DNA of 62,696 nucleotides from Girardia tigrina (lineage: Eukaryota), in the NCBI GenBank assembly GCA_001938485.1, contig MQRK01171274.1, forward strand, positions 62,001 through 124,696, given 5' to 3'. This document shows positions 1 to 11,300 of this stretch, piece by piece; within the stretch, counting starts at the first letter, position 1, and each line of letters starts with the position of its first letter. The position numbers and the translations under genes were made by a program. Below the pieces are notes generated by a model, which saw nothing but the letters and a program-made list of their open reading frames with translations, was not told where the DNA came from and ran no database searches.

Positions 1-872
1 GAAGAAATGCCGCACCAGACTGTGACTCCTGGAAGATTTACTTCTTTTTCGATGATCTCGTGGGGATTGTTGCTTCTCAAGTAGATGCAGTTGTGCCTGT
101 TAATGTGGCCGTTCAGCTTAAATACTGCCTCATCAGACCATAAGATGGAATTAACAAAGGAAACATTTTCTTCAGCATAAGCCAAAAATTCTTCAGCAAA
201 GTGTAGGCGTCGATCTGAGTCGTCTTCATGGAGTGCACGAAATAATCTCGGGATGTATGGTTTCAAGCCCATGCTTCTTAGACAACGGTGGACACTTCGG
301 TAAGAGATTTCATCACCGGAACCATCCAACTGACAAGCTATTCTGCGACACGAAGAAGTTGGAGTAGCATTGACCTCTCTCAGAACAGCAGTTTGGATAT
401 TAAAATCATTTATTACGGAAGGTCGTCCTGACTTTGGAAGGTCACATACTGAGCCGGTGTTTTCAAACATCTTCATGAGTCTCTGAATTGTTGATGGCTG
501 AATTGTCTCTTTATTTAACTCCACATTCTGCTGTATTACTGTAATTGCTGCACTTATAAAAGTATTTCACGGCTTTAATTCTTTCTTCGGTTGATAATCT
601 GTTCTTCATTATCGATTAAATGAACTCCAAACGTTCACTTTTAAATCCAATTTATGCTTAACACAAGCGATGAATCGATAAAAAAAATTTGAAATTCAAA
701 TTTTTTATTTATAAGAAAGAAAAGTTGAAACATAGAAATCGGCTGAGAAATGAGTCAATAGATGATTCAATAATTCAATTCAATCAATGATTCAATAGAT
801 TCTGAACGACCTTAAAAGTATAATTTAAAATTAAGTCGTTCCAAGATTTTGCGTTACTTTTGTCACACCCTG
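1..872 (-). mobile_element. Tc1/mariner superfamily, DD41D (rosa-like) transposon, 5' part
   Basis: ATG at 609 with one frameshift near 530, then F.ENTGSV.D..KSGRP, LWSDEAVFKLNGHINRHNC.Y...NP, PGVTVWCGIS; terminus TA|CAGGGTGTGACAAAA at 872-874. Confidence 0.85.
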
Positions 873-989
873 TATATTGTCAGAGGTATTCAATCTATCT
901 ACCTGCAGATAAAATGAGTTTAACACACCGCGATTTGGCATGAAAATGGCCGACTACATAGTGTTTATAAGAATTTTGTCTTTTCAGTT

Positions 990-2420
990 TTACAAAAATT
1001 GAAGCTATCACTTTTATGATGACTATGAAAAACCCCATTACACCCCAGTTTCAAACATGGATAAATTTTCTGAGTAGTCTTGACATGAAAATAAAATATC
1101 GAATTGGTGAGAAACATTCAAATGCTGACACAATGTCTAGAAATTCTTGCGAATTATGTAGCCAGTGTTAGACGATGCATGAAGAAGCCAAGAAAAGAAA
1201 CATTAAGACGATATTTCTTACATTGAACGAAGAGTTAGAGGGTTTCAAATGGTAAAAGAATGATGAAGAAATAAAACAAATAATTGAAGATATCGGAAAA
1301 GGAAAAACGAGGAAATGGATAATAAAAATGATACCATGGCAACTCAGGATAATAAATACTGGATCACAAAAACAAAACGAACAGATTTAATTGAAGAAAT
1401 GCACAAACTGCTGTGCAACCCTGGTAGTAAAAAGGTCTATAACTACCGTCGAGAAGATTTCAACATGAAAATATGAGAAATTTTATTAAAGAAATAGTCC
1501 AAAGTTGTTTAAATTGTCAAAAAAAGAAAGACATTGACAGCAAAAAGGAATGAAAATCATATAAAGTTGTGGGTAGATGAACCTTTCTAGAAAATATATA
1601 TGGACTTCTGTGGATCATTCAAAAGAAACATAAACGGATATCAACACGTACTTGCCATAGTAGACCAATTCAGTAAATATATTAACATCAATGCAGTTGC
1701 TAGTCAAGATGAAAAAAATAGTGCATAGACTGATATTGTACATATGAACATGGAAGTTTGGACCACAAAAAGAAATTCATGTGAATAGATGAATTTTTTC
1801 AATGATTTTTTCAAATTTTTTCAATTTTTTTTCAAATTTTTCCAATAGATTTTTTCAATGATACAGTTAGAATCAGTGGTGGGATTCAACTGGTTCTTAA
1901 AAATTTTTGAGTTCGGCGAACCGGTTACAAACAAGTTAAAATTTTAAAATAACCGACAAATATAACTTATTGTGAACAAAAATTATGCATTTTTTTAATT
2001 AATTAATGTACTGAACTATTATTAGTAATGTAATGAAAAGGTCTGATCTGAAATTATTGTTATTTGTTACGTAAATGTGGGTAATTTAGATTTTTATTGC
2101 ACCAATTAAATGATATAGTTGTGTAGTGTTTACATCATCTATGGGTTACTTTCAGTGGTGGGATTCAGCCGGTTTGCACCGGTTCGGTAGAACCCGTTCT
2201 TAAATTATTTGAATCCTACCACTGGTTAGAATGTTCAAAGTTGAAATAATCAATTCGAGTCCATATCATAATAATACAAATGGAATCGTGAAAAGACAAT
2301 TTTGAACAATCAGAGATGCTATAAATATTAGAATGAAGGACGGAGACCACAGAGATTGGACAGACGTTTTGTCGGAAATAGAATTTATGTTGAATAGTAA
2401 AGTGCAAGCGACGACAGATG
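990..2420 (+). mobile_element. Degenerate Ty3/gypsy pol fragment (RNase H end, integrase), interrupted by a hAT MITE
   Basis: IKYRIGEKHSNADTMSR; HKLLCNPG...CLNCQK; YMDFCG...LAIVDQFSKY; after the insertion SSPYHNNTNGIV.RQF.TIRD, WTDVLSEIEF; many stops and frameshifts. Confidence 0.85.
1874..2224. mobile_element. Non-autonomous hAT element, 351 bp
   Basis: TIR CAGTGGTGGGATTCA / TGAATCCTACCACTG (1 mismatch); 8-bp TSD GTTAGAAT (1866-1873, 2225-2232). Confidence 0.92.
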
Positions 2421-2804
2421 TTTTCGAAACAAAAAAAATCGTAACGATCTAACAATTTATTTATTTATAGAAAATTTTGGTGTAGTACAATAGATTCTAG
2501 GATGTTTTTATAATTCAAGCGAAATTTTATGCTTTTATTGTTCAATTATTATAGAAATTGATAAGAATGTTAATGAAATGGTTTATGATGAAAATCTTTT
2601 GATGGTGTGAGGAGAATTATTATCGAAACTAATAATTGTATGTTGCGTAATTTATGTATGGAATGTTTGAGATGTGATCTTTGTATTGTTGTGTAATAGG
2701 TCACGACCGAAATAGTGTGTATGGTGAAATGAATGATGTATGTTTGACCCAGATTGATGACGGCATTAATCAATATATATGGACAGGAATCCGTGTCTCC
2801 ACGA

Positions 2805-3087
2805 TTTTTTAGGAAGAGAGGTGGACAGAAAACGGTAATAATCGCCTTTCATTTTATGAATTTCCTCTAGCGTCTCATCATCAATCTCCAAAGTCGTCAC
2901 TGTTTCCTCTACATCACTCAAAGTCATATTTAAATGTGAATCAAAAGCATTTAATTTGCCTCGTAATTCTCTATCGTTTTTTTATTTTAACGTAAATTCG
3001 CTCATTTAAGCTCAATCGAATCAGATCGAGTGGCTCATCGATTACGGAAATATCAGAATTTAAAACGTCGCCAGAAATCGGATCCAT
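2805..3087 (-). pseudogene. LSM3: LSm3 (U6 snRNA-associated Sm-like) intronless pseudogene
   Basis: [36 protein letters not shown], then a +1 frameshift in an A7 run near 2980, then [42 protein letters not shown], then a deleted/shifted C-terminus ([10 protein letters not shown]). Confidence 0.88.
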
Positions 3088-3769
3088 TTAAATTTCGTTT
3101 ATCAATTTATATATATTTTTTTAATTGTTCAAAAACAGAGCAAAACACGAAACCTTCTTTATTTTTTTTTAAATTGACAAGAATTCATTCACCGACAGTG
3201 GCAGAGAAATAATTTTCCATTTTTGTCATCGTTTTTAAAAAATTGTGATTGAAAATCACAATTAAAATTAACACACACACTTTAACACACATACATACAT
3301 ACAAAACATATCATTCACAAATTACACCACATTCAGACATTCACACAACACGCACACACACAGTGGCAGAGAAATCCACTTACCAGTCATTTATATACAA
3401 GCCAATCACCAAATAAAATACATACCTGATCCTATTGCAATTACATAATTTCACAAAGGAGGCTCACAATTCATAATTCACATTATCGACATTATTTGAT
3501 TCATACTATATTAACATTATCGATTGATAATGTGTTGTTTTTTAACTGTATTTTATTTAAATTATTTAATTTATTTAATTATATTTTTTTTATTTAATTT
3601 AATTTAATTAATTTATTTCATTCTTTTAATTTATTAATTTAATTATTTAATTATATATTTTTATTTATATACTGAAACTGGCAAAATAAATGTTCGGTCA
3701 AAATTGGCAATTCTCCGCTCCAATATATACTGATGATATTCCTCATTTTATTGTCTTTTAAATAAATTT

Positions 3770-4160
3770 TATGACAGTCTCGAAGTCTTCTAACAGATGG
3801 AATGATGTTTTTATTTATATTAATAATTCAAGGTTTTCTTGGATTGTAATGGCAAATTGTTTTTAAATTTATTAAAAGAATCAAATGTTTGAAACGACTT
3901 TACATTGTCCATTTTGAATGTTTATTAATGTGTTGTAGTGTCTTATTATTAATGATTCACAGAACTGACGCTTTATATTTGAATCGAAGCCCTTCTGCAA
4001 AACAGAAAACTCATCCTTCGAAACAGAAGAGATTCTATTTTTACAAAATAACCAATGATCAAGAACGTTACTCGATCGACTTGATTGTGAATACTTACTA
4101 TTCAGGGTTTTGAGATGACGATTTGTTTCTCTAATGTGTGCATCCATCTTTTTCAATGGT
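3770..4160 (-). mobile_element. Penelope-like element remnant (GIY-YIG endonuclease C-terminal part)
   Basis: HIRETNRHLKT (YIGET.R.L.T-like), VLDHW..C, FSVLQKG, RQFCESLII...INIQ. Confidence 0.7.
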
Positions 4161-4199
4161 ATAGAGCTGTTATTTCTTTAGAGGGTTCTTCTAAACCAA

Positions 4200-5055
4200 A
4201 GAACTTCATAGTCGCCTCATAAACCACCTAAGGGGTTAGAGTTTTTCAATCTCCGAGACATTTTCGGTATTATTGTAATAAATGACCAATCATAGAATAA
4301 GCTTTCATGGTTCTGCATACCTTTGGTTGTATTAGTCGACTTACAGAGTCACGAAATAGACAGATCTGTTATCCTAAAAACTAATTGTGAATCTTTGGTT
4401 TTAATTTTTTTCTCCACAACTGTTGAAATAACATGAGTTTCCGTTACTGGTTAATCGTTTTCTTGTAAAATATCTTCAGAGTTATTGATTTCAACATTAT
4501 TTGTGTTTCTGGTTTCACTGACTTGTGCTGGTTTAAATGTTGCTTCGGTGACTTCTACGATTTCATTGGACTTGCGATGATCATGATTAAGAAGTCTTGT
4601 AAACCACTCTTTCGTTTTGTATGACTTATTGCAATGTTAGAATTGGAATTGAAGATGGACTTCTTTTTGTTCAGTCAGATCTTTTTTTGAAGTAGACACA
4701 GTCTCATGATCTATTCTGATATGCCTGTTGAGCTCTTTTTGCTCTCTGAACTCCTAAAAACCTAGTTTGTGACATTGTGTTAGTTTTTCTTCTTGTGTAT
4801 CAGTTTCTATACATCTATTAGTACCCGATGGATCCTTCCTGATCTAATTTTTTCCTCACTAAGGCATGAGTTTTTACATTCGTGAAAATTAAAAATTGAA
4901 ACCAGATTAGCTCGCAATCCACAACTTGTCTTCGATTTATTTGAGAGGAAGCTTTGAACTTTAGATATCATTGAAACTACTCTGACAATACTTATATTCT
5001 TGCAAATACTCTTAAATACTTCGATTCCTTCAGAATATGGTATTTTGATTATTTT
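4200..5055 (-). mobile_element. Penelope-like element remnant with C2H2-finger insert
   Basis: Largely one frame with stops: IKIPYSEG...KVQSFLSNK...ANLV.IFN.HEC.NS.L.E, two degenerate C2H2 motifs, then H...YDW..I...R.F.EA. Confidence 0.6.
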
Positions 5056-5249
5056 TTGTGCTCTTCAATGTTTTCTAATATAATTTTTATTTCAAAATTT
5101 TCAATTTTCCTTATTGTGTTTATTTTAGATGACGAATATCGCAGTGTTATCAAGTTATTGGTGTTACAGAAGATGTGCAGTGAAATCTACGATCTTTTGC
5201 AGTCAACATACCTATATGACTCCCATTTTTAAGAACTGTTAACAGAATG

Positions 5250-6206
5250 ATTAAAAGTGGTGGCACCTACGTTTTTGATTAAGATAAATCAGGTCGGCCA
5301 CAAGAAATGTTTGATAGAGCAAATTGAAAATTGGAGAAAATGGTCCAAGAAGAGCAACAATTTACGATGAAAATGCTGTCAACGAAGCTCAACGTCAGTG
5401 TTGGTACAGTCCAAGTATAATTGAAATCCCCGGGTATCAGAAAACTGTTCTTCAGATTTGTACCCCGCTTCTTAACTAGTGAAATGATTCAAACCACTTG
5501 GATTGGCGTCAGAACAACTTGAACCTGTAAGACCAACATGGTGAGACTTTCGGGGCCAATTTAATTACGGAGGATGAAACCCCATTCAGTATGTATTTGC
5601 CGAAAATAAATCATCAGTCAGCAGAGTGGAAACTGTCTTGAGAGAAGCCATCTTTGAAGATGAGACTGGTGACATGTCATGGACAAGAGAGGTTCCTTTT
5701 CATTTTCTGGGATCATAAAGGTCTTCTTCTCATGAATTTCACGGGAAAAGGCATCACATCAACGCTGCATATTACAGCCAACTCGGGGCAACCGTCAGAA
5801 AGAATGGACGGAAGCAGAAGAACACACCACTATAGTTTTTCCACGACAATCCTTCAGTGTACACATATTGCATTTTTAGTCCCACAATTAAAGGTGCTGG
5901 ACTAGCCCAGATTTGGCACTGAACAATTTTTACCTCTTCAAATCCATAAAAAAGCATTAGAGGCATCCAGTTTGGATTCAAAGACGATTTGAAGGTTGCC
6001 GTGGAGAATTTCTTCGCTGCATGTTCCCAGAATTTTTCAAAAAAGCATTTTTCCGAGTTGATTATTTTTGAGTGCAAGTGTGTGAAGTGAAATGGGTATT
6101 ATGTTGGAAAATTATGTCTACATACGTTAAGTTTGTTGTGTTATAAAAAAACCCTTTTAGGAATTCAAATTCTTTATCAGTCCGGGTACTTATTGAACGC
6201 ACCCTG
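5250..6206 (+). mobile_element. Degenerate mariner (DD34D) element
   Basis: D.DKSGRP, RFVPRFLT, ITEDET, SAEWK, FWDHKG, YYS.L, KCV..NGYYV; 3' TIR-like end ...TACTTATTGAACGCACCCTG|TA. Confidence 0.75.
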
Positions 6207-6264
6207 TATATTCATATTCGTTTTCATTTTCTTTCATTCAAAATATAACAATTATTTTATTTAC

Positions 6265-6411
6265 CGTTCGGCATAAACAAAATCTTCCTTAGATTGTTCA
6301 TCCATGATTGCAAAAACGATTGAAGTCGGTAGACCTCTCGGTCGTGCTTCACGTCATAATAACAATTCTCAACTTGCTCTTCTATATCTAACTGCATTGT
6401 GGTAGATAGTC
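6265..6411 (-). CDS. DNAH5: Dynein HC exon 18
   Basis: ...NCYYDVKHDREVYRLQSFLQSWMNNLRK... resembles DNAH5 NYYKNVSENKEIVKL; GTAAAT donor. Confidence 0.75.
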
Positions 6412-8230
6412 CTATGAAATATAAAATATAAAAACTTATGAAAAATTAAAAGAAAATTTGTTATACTTTGATTTTCTTCTTGTTTATTAGTTGTTGATTT
6501 TGATTTTGATTTTTCTGCCTAAAAATAAAATATATTCAAACAATTACATGAACGAGCTGGTTTCTAACTTGACTATTTTGAGATTCGACTTCACTCGCTC
6601 CACTCGCCGTATTTAAAATAACATTCTGATCTTTTGTAACTTTTTTCTCTAAGGTTTTATCCTCATTCATTGTTTCGTCCTCATATTCTTTGACAACAAT
6701 ACTTGGATTAATTGGATTTTCATTTTCTGACTCTTTGGTTTCACATAAAAGAGTTTTCCGACGACCACGTTTTGACCATTTAGTAACCGCTTTCATGCTG
6801 GTTTGAATGGTAATTATGACTTTTTTAATGATACCTTGAATATCCTCTAAAGACGGTTTAATTGCTAATTTGTTTCCCATGATTCTTACAAAACATTTGA
6901 TTAATGGATTCGGTTTTACTTTTTCTAGAAATTAAATATTTATCAAGTTTTATTTTAATTTCTTTTACAAACCCGCTTTGACAACTTGTCCAAAGGTTGC
7001 ATCTTTAATGGCAAAAGTGGCATCTTTACAGGCCATGTAGTTCCATAAGTTATCTAAGGCATTCCTCACGGATTTCACAACAGCGTCCACAGTTTTCTGA
7101 TCCATTATTCTTAACAAATCATTACTTGCATTGCTTATTCGTACAACATGTTTTTCCGTCGACGTTAAAGTGATATCCGCATGCCGCATTACTATAAATA
7201 AAGATTCGCATAATAAATAGTGAGGGATTAATACAGATCTTACATCCTGACATATTTATAGCAGAAGATACTTTAGCTTTAGAGTCTTTACCGACTTTTT
7301 TTACAAGTAATTTTTGCATGCCATTTTCTTCAACAAATCTATCGAAAGATTCTAATAAAATATCGATGTAATCATTTGAGGCTTCATAGATACTCAAGCT
7401 GAAATAGTGCATTGATTGCGAACCTTTCAAACATTTTTCAATTGTCGTTTCAAGAAATTTATTTATTTCCCAAGGTTCACCATGTTCTGGTTGAGCAAAG
7501 AGTTCTGTTTCCGCAATTGATGATAAAATATTATTAATACGGAAATCTCTTATATCGAAAGCCCGATTTAAAAGTAAATCGAAGTCATAGATAAGTTTCA
7601 GTAAGTTCTGATCATAATTGAAAAATATATCATTTATTTAAAATAAAGTCGGCTCACCTCAATATAGTCTTCAACACCGAGACAACACCAATCGTACAGG
7701 GTCAACCCTTTGCCTATTTCTCTAAATATTTTTGTAGTCAGAGGTAATAATAGTTTTTCATATTCTGGAGGAACTTTACTCATTATTCTCTTATGTTCAT
7801 GGCAGAAAAACTGTTTAAGTTATAATTATGAACTGATTACAACATTATGTATTTATAAAAGAAGATATATACTAATTTAAAAGTATCTAATACAGTGTTT
7901 TTCAATCCTTCTGAACATTTGTCTCATTTGTATATGTAATATTTGTGCACACCATTTTATCAATACTCACTTGATGTTGTAATTAATTAACCGAAATATA
8001 TTGCTTAATTGTACTTTATTCAGAAAAATTTAAAAACTTTTAAAATGCATTGTTAAAAGCAATTAACAATAAATTAAATATGAAAATTATTGGGTTCGTG
8101 ATTAAAATCCAAAGTCATAATTTGCAAACTTTATTTCTATTAGAACTTTCATTACTCAAACAAATTTATGAGGAACAATATTTCAGTTTCATAACCAGAT
8201 TTTGAAATTCTAAATATAAATAATAATATC

Positions 8231-8267
<37 letters not shown>

Positions 8268-8317
8268 NNNNNNNNNNNNNNNNNNNNNNNNNNNNNNNNN
8301 NNNNNNNNNNNNNNNNN

Positions 8318-8365
<48 letters not shown>

Positions 8366-11300
8366 TTATTCAAATCATATTTGTTTTTGTTTTATTAATT
8401 TTTACAATGTTTATTAATTTGAAATATAAATTTAGATCTTTAAAATTATTTTAATGGACACATCTTGTAAAAAATCAATTCCTAAATAATTTTTCTTTAA
8501 TTTTAAAAGTTCAATTATAAATAATTTTTTAATGAGAATTTCCGTTGACAATTAAATTTAATAGAACATTATGATTTTTATTTTAGAACTTGATTTTAAA
8601 ATATTCAATAAATTATATTTTTTTAATATATCTTTCCGTTGACAATTAAATTCAATAAACATTATGATTTTTTTATTTAAAAAAAAGTGTTACAAGATAT
8701 ATCAAAATTTCTTTACAATATTCTTTTACTCTGAAACTGTTATTTTAATTGTGATTTTTAAACCTAATTTTTTTATAAAAGTTCTTTTGATTTAATTAAT
8801 AAAAATATTATCATTACAATATACTTTTTATAAAACTTATTTCATTTTAATTAGTAAAAATATTAGCTATAAACTTAAATTTTTTTATATGTAATTTCTT
8901 TCAAAAGTTCTTTCAATTTCATTAGTAAAATAATATTTTTTAATTTATCTCAACTATAATTATGATTTTTAATTTTAAAATGTCAAAAATTTTCAGTTCA
9001 CCAAAAAGAACCCCTAACAGAAATTGTATCACGATCTCAAAAATATATCAGTTCAAAAATATTCAAAATATGTTCATTAATAAATCTATTACACCTTTAA
9101 CAATATGTTCTGATATTTTTTATGAATATAAATTTAACCCTTTCGCAGCTGCTGGGACACATATGTCCCAGTGAATGTTTAAAAAGGCTGTTGGGAGATA
9201 TATGACCCATCATAAAAGACGAATGGGATATATTTGTCCCAACCTTCCCAGCCCGCCCCCTGAATAAATTTCCAAAAAAAACTTTTAAATAATAAATTTC
9301 AGACCGGAATAAACATTATATATTTAACAAAAATTATCTATAACTTAAAACGGAAAGCCGCTGCGAAAGGGTTAATGGGTGCGATGCCACATACATTTGA
9401 GAGACTGTCCGTCATCTCTGTAAACAAAGTCAAGAACATGGTCGAAAAGCGAGTAAGAGTAATTTTGCAGAAAATAGGAACAATGTAAATGTGATGTTAA
9501 TATTGATAATTTCACAATTCTGTGAGAGCATTTTGACAGTTATTGGGAGAGAGTGTCGTGTGAAGCATTGTTAATTAAGTCACGTTGCCCTAAAATCAAT
9601 GTTCAATCGGTAGTATCAACCAACTTATTGAGAATTTTTTTATTAGCGTGATATCATTATACAACCATTATTTGTGCATTTATACATTAGGGATATGACT
9701 TTCTTGTACCCTTATATTCCCATAGTACTATTATCCGTAAGCGGTAGAGACAGCAATAAATTAATGAAGAAACTAAATTCAAAGCATATACAGCATTACA
9801 AAAGTGGTTAAAAGAAACATTTAGAGTTCAGTCAATTATGTACCCTTTAAGACTGAATATTTTAATGTTTCATTCTAAATCATTGAAGTATAATGTAATA
9901 TTTCAAAAATAATTAATATAGTTTTATTCTTACTAACATGTATATAACCTTTATGCAAGTATAAAGCTAGTATTAATTGTACTGAAATTCCAAATTTCAG
10001 TTTCTGATATTCTTTCAATTTCTTATATATCTTATTTAGGAAGTATAAAAATTCAAAATGTTGACAAAGTGTAAATAAATATATCTCATAGGGTATATAT
10101 TTTAAAAATCAATTAATCAATAAAATATATACAAATATATTGTTCATAACAAACTTTCTCCAGGTGAATATATGGTCACAACAGTGCCGTGTGATCATCC
10201 AGTGTCTCTCAATCAATTGCATCTCCGCAGTCTCTCGCGTGCACTCGCAACTCGCCTATCGATCTCTATTGATCCATTCCATCGATACTCAATCTATTCA
10301 CCTTTATATTGGAATTCCTTTGTCGTTATAAAAAGTATTTTCTCATTGATAAATGAAGTAGCAAATCGTTTGAGAGATTTTGTCTTGATTATTTGAATCA
10401 CAAGGTGATCAGGCTGCCCAATTTATCTCCGATAATGGAGACGATGTAATGATGTACATCGTTTCCAAATACGGCAACACAATCCAGGCCGTTATTGCCA
10501 AGAGGGAAATACTTTGTGATAAAAGAGACGTGATTATTAGCGTGTTTTAAAAAGTCCACATTCACTAAAAATGTTCACTCAATTTACAATTGGTTTACGA
10601 GTGTTATTTTAACTATTTATCAGAAACGAATCTTTTCATATTAAATAAAATCAATCTAGCATTTTTATATATAATTATATATTCAACTTATATATTTATA
10701 TATATATATATATATATATAATATGTTAAATAGTGAGTTTTTGTTGGTACACACTATTTACACAAAGTATTAAACCATCTTATTCAATTTTTATAATAAG
10801 AATAATGTTTTATAAAAATGATATTCAATAAAATTTTAACTATCTTTGCTAAAGAGAATTTAGAGAAAAGTATTACCATAAATTTATAATTTTATAAAAT
10901 AATTACTGATTATGAGTTAATATGACCACCATATAATTTTATATAAATAAATCAATAATACTTGAATTTTTTCACATCGTTTTTTCAAAAAATCATTTTT
11001 TGCATATATTTCTCTGGGGGCCGATGTAAGGGCACAGCCAAGTCTGTCCAGACAACTGATCTCTCTGAGTAATCCTAAAACATCAGGATCCATATTCAGA
11101 AGACACTCTCCATACGGTTCATCATTTGTTAAAACAAATATTGATGATTTCATTCCATTTAATTTTGCATTAATCTAGAACAGATTAATAAGTTTAACAA
11201 AACCAATTCAATAACCAATCTTTTCCATGTGTGATAAACAGATATCTCAAAGTGAACCAGCATCTCTGTGGTAGTGTTATACATACTCACGATCTTTCTT

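Larger units (their letters stand above)
7990..9680 (+). mobile_element. Penelope-like family copy (linker plus GIY-YIG), interrupted
   Basis: Homologous by eye to 27960-28680 and 28980-29590; YEYK.NGCDATYI*ETVRHLCK motif split by a piggyBac-type MITE. Confidence 0.65.
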
